From contig OZ240248.1 of the NCBI GenBank assembly GCA_965198235.1, positions 3,968,001 to 4,032,000 of the forward strand: a DNA stretch of 64,000 nt, in the 5' to 3' direction. Positions 7,869-18,533 of this stretch are shown here, one piece after another. The notes beneath the pieces are model-generated. The model ran no database searches, was not told the origin of the DNA, and saw only the letters and a program-made list of their open reading frames with translations. The DNA is from Candidatus Poribacteria bacterium. GTDB lineage: Bacteria > Poribacteria > WGA-4E > WGA-3G. Position 1 is the stretch's first letter. Every line of letters starts with the position of its first letter. Both the position numbers and the translations under genes were made by a program.

Positions 7869-9695
7869 TCAAACATACCATTGTGCTTGTGCTTTAAAGA
7901 ACTGGGCATAAAGTCCATCTTTTGCCAATAAGGTTTCATGGTCACCGTCTTCAACGACTGCGCCGTTATCAAGGACGAGAATCCGGTCACAGGTTCGGAC
8001 AGAGGAGAGACGGTGTGAAATTAGCACGGATGTACGTCCGACACTCCGCTCAATAAATCGCTCATAGACCGCTTGTTCGGCTAAGGGGTCTAAGGCAGCA
8101 GTCGGTTCGTCAAGCACGACCAGCCAGGGGGCCTCGCGCATGAAACTCCGGGCAGTTGCGAGACGTTGCCATTCGCCACCGGAGAGATCGCGTCCGCCGA
8201 AGGTGGGACCGAGGATTGTCTCGTACCCCTCTGTGAGTCCGTCAACGACCGAGGCGGCACCACCGGCGATAGAGGCTTCTTCCATACGATCGGGGTGCTC
8301 AAGGTCGCCGAAGATAACGTTCTCACGTGCGGTAAGGTGATACTGCGTGAAGTCTTGGAAGACCGCGCTGCAACGCATCAACCACGCTCGACGGTTTTCA
8401 TCTGTGAGTGGGACATCTCCTATATGGATTATCCCCGTTTGTGGACGGTAGAGCCCTAAAAGTAGACGCGCCAGAGTGGTTTTCCCTGCGCCATTGGGCC
8501 CAACAATTGCAACCCGCTCCCCTTTTCTCAACGTCAGCGTTATGTTATTTAACGTGGGTTCTTGCGTATTTGGGTAGAAAAACGATATATTTTCTATCGC
8601 AATGTCTTGAATTGTGTTATTTCCATCTAATTCATCTGTTTTCCGATAGTGTTTCTCTACTGTGGCTGCATCGCGCCCTAAAAACTGATACAAATCTCCG
8701 GACAAACGGTGCATCTGACTGGCTATCAACTGAAAATATCCCGCCACTTCATTCCAGATGCCGTCCAGTTGGACGAGTGCGGCGGCAGCGGCGATATACG
8801 TGCCGACGGTGAGTCCACCTTGAAAGACCTCAAGTAATAGAAGAATGAGCGAACCGGCGTATAATAATCCACGGACGATGTCAATTGCAAGATGTGCGAA
8901 GAATTTACGGCGTTCAATCCTTTGTTGTCCGTGTATGAGTGTCTGCGATAACTGTTTCCAGCGGTTTATCCATAAGTCCTGAGTTTGGTATAATCGAACT
9001 TCCTTGCCCGTGCCACGATCCGTCAGTATTCCTTCTAATGCATCTCGCTCTCGGCGTTCGGATGTCTGCTCGACATCAAAGTTGTAACTATCTACAGCGA
9101 AACGCGAATCGCTCCACCAAGAGATCATGCCAGTGAATGCGGGCAGCAAAACCAATAATGGATGATAACGCCATAACACGACACCGAGGGTTACAACGCT
9201 GATGAATTGTTGAAGGCTATCAATAAGCCACCAGAGGATATTCTCAAGGTCTAATCCGGAAATCGAACGCGCTCGTTCAAGGGCATTTTGATATTCAGGG
9301 GTCTGGAATTCGATGAGTTCTGTGGTATCAGCTTTTTTAAGGATGCATTCATTCAGCCAGACTTCAATGTTTTCTCTGACACGGATATGGAGCGGTTGGC
9401 TTAACTGATTGGCAAGGGTGATAAAAATGCGTAAGCCAAGCAGCCCTATCAACCACGGAACGACTTGCTGCCACCAGTTCGTATCACCTACAGCATCAGT
9501 GATGGCATTGACGAGGTGTTCGGTTACAAAGAACTCACCGGCGGGGACAATACCGAGCGATAGCGTGAGTAGCATCATCCCCAAAAGCGCGAGTGAACCG
9601 CTTTGCCAAACGACTGCGAAAGTTCGGAGGTAGGCGAATAAAGTTTCTTTGGCAGCTGAAATCCATGTTTTCAATTTTCCTTTAGCATTTGACAT
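7869..9695 (-). CDS. ABC exporter, fused permease/ATPase
   Basis: N-terminal transmembrane segments; GPNGAGKT, LSGGEWQR, LDEPTAALDP. Confidence 0.92.
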   Translation of the reverse strand: MSNAKGKLKTWISAAKETLFAYLRTFAVVWQSGSLALLGMMLLTLSLGIVPAGEFFVTEHLVNAITDAVGDTNWWQQVVPWLIGLLGLRIFITLANQLSQPLHIRVRENIEVWLNECILKKADTTELIEFQTPEYQNALERARSISGLDLENILWWLIDSLQQFISVVTLGVVLWRYHPLLVLLPAFTGMISWWSDSRFAVDSYNFDVEQTSERRERDALEGILTDRGTGKEVRLYQTQDLWINRWKQLSQTLIHGQQRIERRKFFAHLAIDIVRGLLYAGSLILLLLEVFQGGLTVGTYIAAAAALVQLDGIWNEVAGYFQLIASQMHRLSGDLYQFLGRDAATVEKHYRKTDELDGNNTIQDIAIENISFFYPNTQEPTLNNITLTLRKGERVAIVGPNGAGKTTLARLLLGLYRPQTGIIHIGDVPLTDENRRAWLMRCSAVFQDFTQYHLTARENVIFGDLEHPDRMEEASIAGGAASVVDGLTEGYETILGPTFGGRDLSGGEWQRLATARSFMREAPWLVVLDEPTAALDPLAEQAVYERFIERSVGRTSVLISHRLSSVRTCDRILVLDNGAVVEDGDHETLLAKDGLYAQFFKAQAQWYV

Positions 9696-9710
9696 CGGAA
9701 ACCTCTCTTT

Positions 9711-11552
9711 TTACTGGTACCAATGTGCCTGTGCTCTGAAAAATTGGGCATAAAGCCCATTTCTGGCGAGCAGTGCCTCATGTGTGCCATCTTCAACAAT
9801 TTTACCGACATCTAGGACCAAGATACGGTCTGCGAGACGTGCGGACCCGATTCGGTGTGAAATCAGGAACGTCATGCGTCCAGCTGCGAGTTCAACAAAA
9901 CGTTGGTAAAGTTCGACTTCAGCCTGCGGGTCTAAGGCGGCAGTCGGTTCGTCAAGTACAAGGATTTGCGGGTTTCGGACCAAAGCCCGTGCGAGCGCGA
10001 CTTTTTGCCATTCGCCGCCGGATAACTCGGCACCTTCCCCTTCCTCACCGAGTGAAGGATCCAGAAACGTCCCTAAACCGCGCGGAAAGGTTTGAAAACG
10101 CTCCTCAAGACCGACTTCATTGATGACGCGCCGAAGTGTATCATCGTCGATGTGAAAGTCCGGGGGACCTGGAACCAATTCTTCCCGCAAAGGTCTGCGA
10201 AATCGCGCGAAATCTTGGAAAACAGCGGCACAGTTAAGTGCTATCTGTTCGGGCGCGATTGCAGCGACACTTTTGCCATCATAGCGCACTATTCCATCAT
10301 CGGGTTGATACAAACCGAGCAACAATTTCATGAGTGTTGACTTGCCCGCACCGTTGACACCGACGATGCTGACGATCTCCCCGGGGCGTACATGCAAGTT
10401 TATGTCTTGTAGCACATCTTCGGTTGCTTCTGGGTATCGGAAGCGTAGATTATGAACCTCTATACCATCTTGTAGACGTTGTGGAAATGTCTCGGTTCCT
10501 GCCTGTGTATGGGTTTTTTCTGCGCGTTCCAGGAAAGAATGTAAGTCGCGAAGCAGCGGTAAATCTTCAAATATGTCTTGAATTTGAGAAAGTATCGCCT
10601 CCAAATTGCCTTGAAAACTTGCTGCAGCACCGGTAAGAACGACATAATCTCCAAGCGTGAGGTTGCCATCAACAATACGGGATGCGAGTATGGCAATTGC
10701 GATGGCATAGGCAAGGATTTCGACGATAGTTGTGCCAATAGTACCTTTTGCCTCTGTCCAAATCTTTGCAAGCGATTCTTCCTTCCATTTCTGGTGATTC
10801 GTTCGCCAGCGTCCGAAAAGATGATCGAAAAGTCCATAGAGTCGAACTTCCTGTCCGGAGGATGAACCGAGCAGCAGACCGAGCATGTAAGCCATCATAC
10901 GACGGATAGGGGTCGCATCGTAATCGTGGATGTACCCACTTTCGGCTGTTTTAACTTTGAGCCAAGCGGAAGGGATTGCGGGTAAGACGACCACAAGCAC
11001 GAGCAGCGGATCAGCGATCCATAGGAGCGCGCCGTAACCGACGAGCGTTATGCAGAGTTGTCCAATCTCTGTTAGGAATCGCAGGAGGTTGGTTAACCGA
11101 TGTCCGAGAGCCTGTCGCGCCCGCTGTATTAAGTCGTATGTTTGTGGCTGATCAAAGACGGCAAAATCGATATGCGTTGCAGCTTCAATCAAGGCATGCT
11201 GTTGATGGAGTCCAATGCGGTTCTGCATTTTCCATCGCAAGTAACTGTCCCAAGTGCTGGCGATGTTTCTGAGTATCGCCAAAAGCACAAGAGCGATCAC
11301 CCAAGGTGCTGCGGTCTGTAGACTCGGCTCTGTTTCGTCTGCAAGAATAGCAGCGATGAGGTTCACCAATCCTCGACTCGCCCAGAGGACACCTATAGGG
11401 ATACACCCATGGACGAGTGTCAGAAACGCCTGTGCGATCGCGCCAAACGGACTAGCGTGCCATGCGACGAAGAAAAAACGGCGCAGCGTTTGTATCACCG
11501 ACGGACGCGATGCTGATTCTGTGTTGGGGGCATGAGAATTATCGGAAGCCAT
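9711..11552 (-). CDS. ABC exporter, fused permease/ATPase (likely heterodimer partner of 7869-9695)
   Basis: GVNGAGKST, LSGGEWQK, LDEPTAALDP. Confidence 0.92.
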   Translation of the reverse strand: MASDNSHAPNTESASRPSVIQTLRRFFFVAWHASPFGAIAQAFLTLVHGCIPIGVLWASRGLVNLIAAILADETEPSLQTAAPWVIALVLLAILRNIASTWDSYLRWKMQNRIGLHQQHALIEAATHIDFAVFDQPQTYDLIQRARQALGHRLTNLLRFLTEIGQLCITLVGYGALLWIADPLLVLVVVLPAIPSAWLKVKTAESGYIHDYDATPIRRMMAYMLGLLLGSSSGQEVRLYGLFDHLFGRWRTNHQKWKEESLAKIWTEAKGTIGTTIVEILAYAIAIAILASRIVDGNLTLGDYVVLTGAAASFQGNLEAILSQIQDIFEDLPLLRDLHSFLERAEKTHTQAGTETFPQRLQDGIEVHNLRFRYPEATEDVLQDINLHVRPGEIVSIVGVNGAGKSTLMKLLLGLYQPDDGIVRYDGKSVAAIAPEQIALNCAAVFQDFARFRRPLREELVPGPPDFHIDDDTLRRVINEVGLEERFQTFPRGLGTFLDPSLGEEGEGAELSGGEWQKVALARALVRNPQILVLDEPTAALDPQAEVELYQRFVELAAGRMTFLISHRIGSARLADRILVLDVGKIVEDGTHEALLARNGLYAQFFRAQAHWYQ

Positions 11553-11728
11553 TTACGTTTTTCCTCGTTTTCATCTTCAGGCATTTGTATTATCGGTTTC
11601 CTGTGTTGGAAAAAGTGAAAAATTGATCTCTGGATGTTCCAAAAACTTCTGTGGAAAACGGCTATATATGCGCTAAATGTATAGGGCAACCGAGGCACGA
11701 GACCTCGACTTCTTTCGCGACAGCGACC

Positions 11729-11929
11729 TCAAGTGTGTGCCGCGAAGTTTAAATTTGTGAATGATACCTTACGGTCACCAACCTTGCGGTAAATCAGATT
11801 ATAGATTTTTTGCTGATATTTGCGCACGAGTGGGTTAAACGCCTCCGTATCGCCATTCTGGGCGCGCGCGACAAGTTCCTGCTCATCGAAATGATTGAGT
11901 TCAGTATGTGTTGTTAAAGCACTTCTCAT
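11729..11929 (-). pseudogene. Truncated ECF sigma factor (region 2 start only)
   Basis: DEQELVARAQNGDTEAFNPLVRKYQQKIYNLIYRKVGD, followed by unrelated sequence and a stop. AGGAG SD. Confidence 0.75.
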
Positions 11930-11939
11930 ATTTTTCTCC

Positions 11940-13319
11940 TTAAAAAATTGTTTCTCGGAGTTTTTCCTTTGCCTTGGCGTAATCTCGACGTGCCTGATAA
12001 AAGACACGTTGTGCCTCTGTAAATTCTGCTTGTGTTTGAAACGCGTCGTTGTAGGTTAGACTCTGATACCCGGGTATTTCAACCGTGACTTCATCAAGCA
12101 CGCGCTCTATCGTCCGTAGCTGCTGCTCACGGATTCTGACGCGCTTTTCTTCAATTTCCATGCGTTCTTTCGCATTCGCCACGGCACGGTAGTCGCGTCG
12201 CACCTCTACGCGGATTGACTTGGTTATTTCGACGTACGCCAGCTGGAGTCGCTCCAGTTCAGCGATTTCTACGGCGCGAAGATTCTCAGTTTTTTTCCCG
12301 TCGTATAACGGGATATTGAAGTTGAAACGTACTTCCCATCCGTCTCGTGTACGCGGGTTTGTTTCAAAAATGCTTGACGTATCTCGCTCACGGTCGAGTA
12401 TCACCGGATCATAGAGTGCCGTTGCGTCCCAAGTCCGGTTCTGTTGGTGTTGTTCCAACATCAGATGGAGGTCCTTGTAGCGTGCTTCAGCAGAGATATC
12501 GGGGAACCGATTCCAGAGTGTCTCTACGGCGAGACGTTCTTGACGAACGATATCGCCTTGTAGGTCGCGTAAATCAAGATTGTTTGCGAGTGCGAGTTCT
12601 ACGGCAGTTTCCAGTGTCATGTCGTCATCAGAAAGGGGTTGTGAGAGGGCAACTTGTACCAGCGGATCGAGTCCGATGAGACTGATAAGTTCCGCAGTGT
12701 CCACATCAAGCCGTCGTTGAAGTTCGTTGAGCGCAAGCTGCTGTTCGGAGAGTTCAAGTTCCGTATTGAGGCGGCTGAGGAAAGGGATCCGTTTTTCTGC
12801 GTGCTTGATTTGCGTGCCTTTTAATTTTTTATTTAGTTCCACCTCAATCGCGCGACGTTGCTGAATCTCTTCTTGTGTGAGGATGATATTATGCCAGAGA
12901 TTCCGAACGGCGTAAACCCTTTCCTTTTTTGCGCGTTCGTATTCAATCTCTGCCTTACGGACATCCTCCTGCGCAGCATCAAGTCCTTCGGGGATTTCGC
13001 CGAATTGTACGAGAAGCATACTGGCTTGTGCGCGAGTGAGATAGTCTCTTTCATCGATATCGCCGTCTTTTTGGCGTTGATATTCGCCGGTGACACCCAC
13101 TTGTGGTAGGTAAATGGCTTTGGACACACGGAGGTGTGCCTTGGCGCGTTCCACCACTTTTTCCGCCTTTTTCACCACCTCGTTGTTCTGTAGCGCGAGT
13201 TCGATAGCGCGTGCTGGCTGCAGTATGACCAGCCGCTGCGCTGAAATGGTGCTCCCGATAGTAAAAAATAGGCAGACCGCTAATACTTTTGTTAACCTCT
13301 TGTTCACTACAATCTCCAT
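11940..13319 (-). CDS. TolC-family outer membrane efflux protein
   Basis: AIELALQNN, YLPQVGVTG, AVELALANN, FNIPLYDG; duplicated helical halves. Confidence 0.85.
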   Translation of the reverse strand: MEIVVNKRLTKVLAVCLFFTIGSTISAQRLVILQPARAIELALQNNEVVKKAEKVVERAKAHLRVSKAIYLPQVGVTGEYQRQKDGDIDERDYLTRAQASMLLVQFGEIPEGLDAAQEDVRKAEIEYERAKKERVYAVRNLWHNIILTQEEIQQRRAIEVELNKKLKGTQIKHAEKRIPFLSRLNTELELSEQQLALNELQRRLDVDTAELISLIGLDPLVQVALSQPLSDDDMTLETAVELALANNLDLRDLQGDIVRQERLAVETLWNRFPDISAEARYKDLHLMLEQHQQNRTWDATALYDPVILDRERDTSSIFETNPRTRDGWEVRFNFNIPLYDGKKTENLRAVEIAELERLQLAYVEITKSIRVEVRRDYRAVANAKERMEIEEKRVRIREQQLRTIERVLDEVTVEIPGYQSLTYNDAFQTQAEFTEAQRVFYQARRDYAKAKEKLRETIF

Positions 13320-13450
13320 ATATTGGCTATCGGAAACTATCGGAAACCGTCAGCCGTCGATAAGAGATTTTTGTGGCAGGGAAAATGTTCGGAACTGCCA
13401 CAGACCCACTACTGACTACTGACTGTTCTCACTGCGAAGCAAATCATTCC

Positions 13451-15706
13451 TCAACGTCGGCTAATGCGGATTGTAACGATAACAATCGCAATCATCAAGA
13501 GTATCAACGCACCGAACAGCAGCGTCGTCACCGACATTTGCGTCTGAGACTCAACTTGCACCGTGATGGAACGGTCGCGTGCCTCAAACTTACGGTTATC
13601 CACGGTGACTTCGGCGTTCAACTTTGCTTGATATTCCCCCACTCCGATGTCCGCAGGGGGACTCAACGTCAGTTGGATCTCCTTCTCCTCGTTCCGTGCC
13701 AATGAGCCAATGACTTCGGGGATAACCGTGTATTTCCAATCGGTGTTGACATCGACAAGCATGCGGATGTCAATGAGGTCGCGGGTGCCGATGTTCTTTA
13801 GCGTTGCTGTCATGTTGACCTCTTCACCTATCTTGATTGTCTGGAACGCGTTCGGCACGAATACCTCAATCTCCGGTACACCCTTTGGAATCAGCTCAAA
13901 CCGCTCGACCCCCCCTTGGATACTCGCAATCCTATCGGCAGGTAAATCCAACCGATTGTTGACACCACTGAGTTCATTGGCTTCCGCTTCATCAAGCACA
14001 GCGACGTAGAACTCAAGCGTGCTATCGAGATAGGAGGCATCCAATTCCTCCGGTAGATAGACAATCAACGATAGATTCCGCTTTGATTGTTCTTGTGTAA
14101 ACTTCACCTGAGACTGCCGAGATTTCGTCTCTGGGTCTTGGAATTCAAAGGAGAGGCGGTTCAGGAGGTTAATGACACGCAACTGGAATGTATTTTCTGT
14201 CTCTGCCAATCGATCGAGCGTCAAATCATAGGTGACGCTGCTTCCTAAGTTCCCTTCCTGCGAAAAGCGGAGCGAACTGACATTGACCACATCCAGCGCG
14301 GATTCTTTTTGCAGATAGATAAGTCGCGTTTCGGGTTCAGCAAGTTCGGGATAATCCAGTGATACCTTCAGGCTCTCGACATCTTTCTGGAGTTGAAACG
14401 TCAATTCCACGGTTTCATTGTAACCGAGCACCGGGATTTTCTCTTCATACGGTTTAACGATGTTCGTGTCATCAGTGACATCAAGTAAGGAGACATAGAT
14501 GGAGCGAATCTCGTTTGCTGCTGCAATCTCTTCAGGAGTTGCATCACTCGGCATTGCTTCTGTCGTGGAGGTGTTTTTCAACTGGATCGTCACCATCATT
14601 TGGTTCTCGATGCGAAACTTCTTCGCACTGAGGATAGAGATGTGGCGTGTGTCCTCCTCGAGATGGATTTTATAGGGAATTTCCTGGTCAAGGTATTTCA
14701 GACTGACAATGAGACTGTCAACATTTCGCCGTAGTTCAAAATCGAGGGTTTTCTCCTGTCCGTTTTTCAGTGTTGGAATGCGATGTTCGTAAGGAAAACC
14801 GATGATAGATTCAGTGTCGTCTTTGATAGAGACATAGACGTTGTTGATTTCTTGTGCTGTGTTGGTGTCTATTTCCTCTGTCTCACTCGTGATCGCACCA
14901 TACGTGAGAACGACTTCCAGGTGTCGGCGGTCGCCCTGTTTGTAACGCCTCGCCGATACGACGGAGATATATGGATCCTCCTGTTTGAGGTGGATGTTCT
15001 TTTCGTCCTTCTGACCCGAGTAATTTAACTCTACGACGACATCTCGCACATTCTCTTTTATCAGTTCAAACTCTAATGTGACAGCTTCACCCTCTTTGAG
15101 CGTCTCAATTTGTTGTTCGTAAGGTTCGGTGATAATCGCTCCGCTCCCACCATAACTTTCCTGTTCTTTAATCGAGACGAAGATGTCGTCAATCTGTGCA
15201 CTGATGATAATTTCTCGTCCGAGTACTTTCGAGCTTTCAACGAGTTTCACGGGCGACGAACTGTTCCGCAAGGTGATTGAGAACAACTCCCGACCATCGC
15301 CGGATTCGTAGAGTCTTGTCTTTTCAACGGTGATGTGCCACTCATCTTGTAGGGACTCAAGTTCCACCTGTTGGAGCGTCAATTTTGCCTGTTCATATTC
15401 ATCGACGGCACGTTCGTAGGCTTCCTCTGCTTTATTGACTTCTGAGACAGTGACGATGTTGTTATCTTCCATCATCATTGCCTTGAGGTTTTCGAGTTCA
15501 ACCTGCTTTTTATTCATCAATTTCTCTGCCAATTCCATCTTCAGGCGCTCGACTTCTATCAAGATTTGACGGCTCTGTTCCTCTTTAGTTTTTGGATCGT
15601 TCGCATTGCCGGACTGAGTACCTTCTGCAAAAGCCAGCGGCGTTCCTATAGACAGTAGTATTCCCACCGCGCTAATGAAAATGATTGTAAGTATATTGAT
15701 TCGCAT
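13451..15706 (-). CDS. Secreted coiled-coil + three internal Ig-like repeats + NEW3-like domain, with C-terminal TM anchor
   Basis: Signal peptide; N-terminal coiled-coil hairpin; three repeats I..[IV][FY]VS....PYE..I..L...E...L.F.L; TLKNIGT...PPADIGVGEY; C-terminal TM followed by RR. Confidence 0.7.
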   Translation of the reverse strand: MRINILTIIFISAVGILLSIGTPLAFAEGTQSGNANDPKTKEEQSRQILIEVERLKMELAEKLMNKKQVELENLKAMMMEDNNIVTVSEVNKAEEAYERAVDEYEQAKLTLQQVELESLQDEWHITVEKTRLYESGDGRELFSITLRNSSSPVKLVESSKVLGREIIISAQIDDIFVSIKEQESYGGSGAIITEPYEQQIETLKEGEAVTLEFELIKENVRDVVVELNYSGQKDEKNIHLKQEDPYISVVSARRYKQGDRRHLEVVLTYGAITSETEEIDTNTAQEINNVYVSIKDDTESIIGFPYEHRIPTLKNGQEKTLDFELRRNVDSLIVSLKYLDQEIPYKIHLEEDTRHISILSAKKFRIENQMMVTIQLKNTSTTEAMPSDATPEEIAAANEIRSIYVSLLDVTDDTNIVKPYEEKIPVLGYNETVELTFQLQKDVESLKVSLDYPELAEPETRLIYLQKESALDVVNVSSLRFSQEGNLGSSVTYDLTLDRLAETENTFQLRVINLLNRLSFEFQDPETKSRQSQVKFTQEQSKRNLSLIVYLPEELDASYLDSTLEFYVAVLDEAEANELSGVNNRLDLPADRIASIQGGVERFELIPKGVPEIEVFVPNAFQTIKIGEEVNMTATLKNIGTRDLIDIRMLVDVNTDWKYTVIPEVIGSLARNEEKEIQLTLSPPADIGVGEYQAKLNAEVTVDNRKFEARDRSITVQVESQTQMSVTTLLFGALILLMIAIVIVTIRISRR

Positions 15707-15792
15707 TTTTAATGAATCCTGTCGTCATAATTGGGTATCCGATTCGCCAAACCGCGATTTGGCGAATCGGTTGATATTGCGTCACGCCGGTG

Positions 15793-16527
15793 CTATCCAG
15801 TTGCATCTTCCTCGGTTTCATACCCAGCAACGTAATGCAGGTACAACGCCTCAAGGTTTTCTTTTAGAATTTCTTCGCGTGTCAGCTCCCGTTCAAGATT
15901 GCCTTGCACCAGAATCCCGATTCTGTCGGCGATCTCTTTCGCACGGAAGATGTCGTGCGTCGACATGAAGATGGCTTTCCCTTCCTCTTTTAACTCACGG
16001 AGCAGGTTCAGGAAATCGGCACCCCCCTTCGGATCCAAGCCCGAAGTCGGTTCATCGAGCAAGACGGCTTGCGCGTTCTTCATGATCGCAATAGCAATGC
16101 CCAAACGTTGGCGCATGCCTTTGGAGAATGTCTTGACGCGCCGTGTAAAGGCTTCCTGCGGTAAACCGACACGTCCAAGTGTGGCATCGAGTTCAGCGTT
16201 TGATACCTTCTTCCGCCCACCGAGTTTTGCGAAAAAGGAGAGGTTTTGCCGCGCCGTAAAGTTGCGATAGAGTTCGACGTTCTCCGAGACGTAAGCGAGG
16301 TGCTTCTTCGCCTCCAGTGGGAACTTCGGGATCTCAATATCCCCTATCAGCGCGGTGCCACTCGTCGGTTCGATGAAGTTCAGCAGCATGGAGATGGTCG
16401 TGCTTTTCCCGGCACCGTTCGCGCCGAGGACGACATAAATTTCGCCATCGTCCACTTTCATGTTCAATTTGTCAACGGCTAAAACACTTTCATTATAAAC
16501 TTTCGTGAGGTCGCGGGTTTCTAACAT
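15793..16527 (-). CDS. ABC transporter ATP-binding protein
   Basis: GANGAGKST, FSKGMRQR, LLDEPTSGLDP. Confidence 0.93.
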   Translation of the reverse strand: MLETRDLTKVYNESVLAVDKLNMKVDDGEIYVVLGANGAGKSTTISMLLNFIEPTSGTALIGDIEIPKFPLEAKKHLAYVSENVELYRNFTARQNLSFFAKLGGRKKVSNAELDATLGRVGLPQEAFTRRVKTFSKGMRQRLGIAIAIMKNAQAVLLDEPTSGLDPKGGADFLNLLRELKEEGKAIFMSTHDIFRAKEIADRIGILVQGNLERELTREEILKENLEALYLHYVAGYETEEDATG

Positions 16528-16862
16528 GGGTTTCTCCTCCGGTTATTTTTTATCCGTACATAATCGTTTGTAAACGCAACTGTAGTAAAATATCCAATTA
16601 CTTGGGCATTGGGGTAGGCGAGGATACAATCCTCGCCAGCGAAGATGTCCGTGGTGTACAAACATCCCTTTATAATTAATGATACGATTTTGAGGAAGAA
16701 TAGGTGCATAATGGTTGTCGGTAGTCGGTTAAAGAGCAGTCTGTGACGGCAAACCGTTTGCAACTGCCAGGCGAGTTACCGATAACCATTTCGGACTGTA
16801 ATGGAACGCGGATCAGAGTTAATCGTTTAAAAAACGCCAGCGGGGGTGAAGCATCCTTTGCA

Positions 16863-18308
16863 TCAAATATCGGAACGGAAGAACTTCAGGAATGCCGCCG
16901 CCGTAAACGCTAAAGCAAAAAAACCGAGTAAGAGCACATCCACTGCAGACCGACGCAATGTGTCCGATAAAGCAGGTTCTGTCAGCGTTGGTGGTGGCGG
17001 AATCTTTTCTGTTTCGGATTCAGAAGAATCATCGTTCATCCGATTCATTACTTGTAGCATCTGTGCCAGTGCGTCGTCTGAAATTCCGCTGAAATACGAA
17101 TCATCGAGTTGATCGTAGTACCGCTCACCCGTTTGAAAGTAGGTGTCTCTTTTCAACGTGCCGGTTTGTGTGAGGTTCATCGCAAAATAGGTGAGTGAGG
17201 ACGTTGGTGCGATCCGGGAAAGGGTCTCGCCAACCTGCTCTTGCCGATCCCTTTCGCGTTGATAGTCCCTATCAATCTTGCCCGCTTGATTCTGGAACTC
17301 CAGTCGAAACTGTTCCTCAATCGGTCCTCTGAGTTTATCCAACCTTTTTTGCGTCTCTGGATCGTTTAGGGAAATATGGGCAGTCCCCCCGCTCTCGAAA
17401 GCTAAAGCCATTTTTTTATTCATCTTGTCTTGCTTATCTTTTGTCAGGTTATTGTGAAGTGCGTTTTTTTCCATGTAAACAGCCTGCTGTGTCCGGGTGG
17501 GTGCGACAAGTTTCGCGACGACAAACGCGCCTCGTGGTACGATCAGCACCGCAAACACCCAGAACGTAAAAGCGACAATCAGCGCGGTCTTGGCGTTGTC
17601 CAGATAGGTGGAAATGACCACACCTATCGCAAAAAACACTGCAATGTAGAGTAATGAGATAACCGTGAGACCCAACACTGGCAGAGCAACCTTGAGCTCA
17701 CCTAAAGGAAATCCCTGCCAGACGATCAGGAGTAACCCCAAGAGGAAGGATACCAAAAATGGAACAACGAACACAAGGTATCCACCGATCAGCTTGCTCC
17801 ACAAAAATACATCTCGGGGAAGGGAGTTTGATAGATTTATCCGAAGCGTGCCTGCCTCTCTTTCCCCAGCAACAGCATCAAACGTAAACAGAAGTGCGAG
17901 CAGACTGAAAACAGTCCCGACAATAAATAGGAAATCAAGGTTCCCGAGTGCATACGCCACGGATGCCTGAGCAATTCCTGCTGAACCTTGCCGAACCCCA
18001 TTACGCGTCATCCCAAGATAGGTCGGCAGTGCCTCCTCTAAACCGTTCGCGAAGACGCTTAAAGGCGTGGGCTTGAGGAAGAGCTTGGAAACCTCCACAT
18101 TTGGATCTTGCGCATTCGGTGGATTCTCCTCCGATTCTGTCCGTGCGCGTTTCACCGACTCTTGATAATCTGTCAAGTTTTGGCTATACCTGCGATAATT
18201 GATGGAAAGGGTGAGTGGGATGAGCAGGGCACACATCAGCAAGAGTGCGACAAATCGGACGCTGAGAATGTGGTGCATAATTTCTTTTTGAATCAATGTC
18301 ATTAACAT
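16863..18308 (-). CDS. ABC-2 type transporter permease
   Basis: FDAVAGEREAGTLRINLSN motif, multiple TMs, terminal FFRSDI. Confidence 0.85.
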   Translation of the reverse strand: MLMTLIQKEIMHHILSVRFVALLLMCALLIPLTLSINYRRYSQNLTDYQESVKRARTESEENPPNAQDPNVEVSKLFLKPTPLSVFANGLEEALPTYLGMTRNGVRQGSAGIAQASVAYALGNLDFLFIVGTVFSLLALLFTFDAVAGEREAGTLRINLSNSLPRDVFLWSKLIGGYLVFVVPFLVSFLLGLLLIVWQGFPLGELKVALPVLGLTVISLLYIAVFFAIGVVISTYLDNAKTALIVAFTFWVFAVLIVPRGAFVVAKLVAPTRTQQAVYMEKNALHNNLTKDKQDKMNKKMALAFESGGTAHISLNDPETQKRLDKLRGPIEEQFRLEFQNQAGKIDRDYQRERDRQEQVGETLSRIAPTSSLTYFAMNLTQTGTLKRDTYFQTGERYYDQLDDSYFSGISDDALAQMLQVMNRMNDDSSESETEKIPPPPTLTEPALSDTLRRSAVDVLLLGFFALAFTAAAFLKFFRSDI

Positions 18309-18356
18309 GGTAATTGCTCCTCTGTTTTTTAGTTCGGTGTTCGTAGCACAAACTAA

Positions 18357-18487
18357 ATGAAGTTTCAGTATTTAATTCGGTAATTTCTGAACGTGCGATA
18401 AATCGCACTACTACGAACCAATCCGTTTGTAGTAGGGAAACCATTTATGGTCTCCTGTCGATTACCGAATTATTTTTTTATCTTCAT
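18357..18487. mobile_element. MITE-like element inserted in a REP hairpin
   Basis: ATGAAG..TAATTCGGTAAT / ATTACCGAATTA..CTTCAT inverted ends sit inside GTAGCACAAACT..AGTTTATGCTAC. An empty copy of that REP is at 3613-3636. Confidence 0.6.
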
Positions 18488-18533
18488 ACAGTTTATGCTA
18501 CAACGTCCTTTATGAAATTCACTTTATAGCACA

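Noticed and set aside
11495-11770. Possible RiPP precursor or radical-SAM remnant upstream of the paired ABC exporters
   Set aside because: No frame gives a convincing leader/core or Cys motif.
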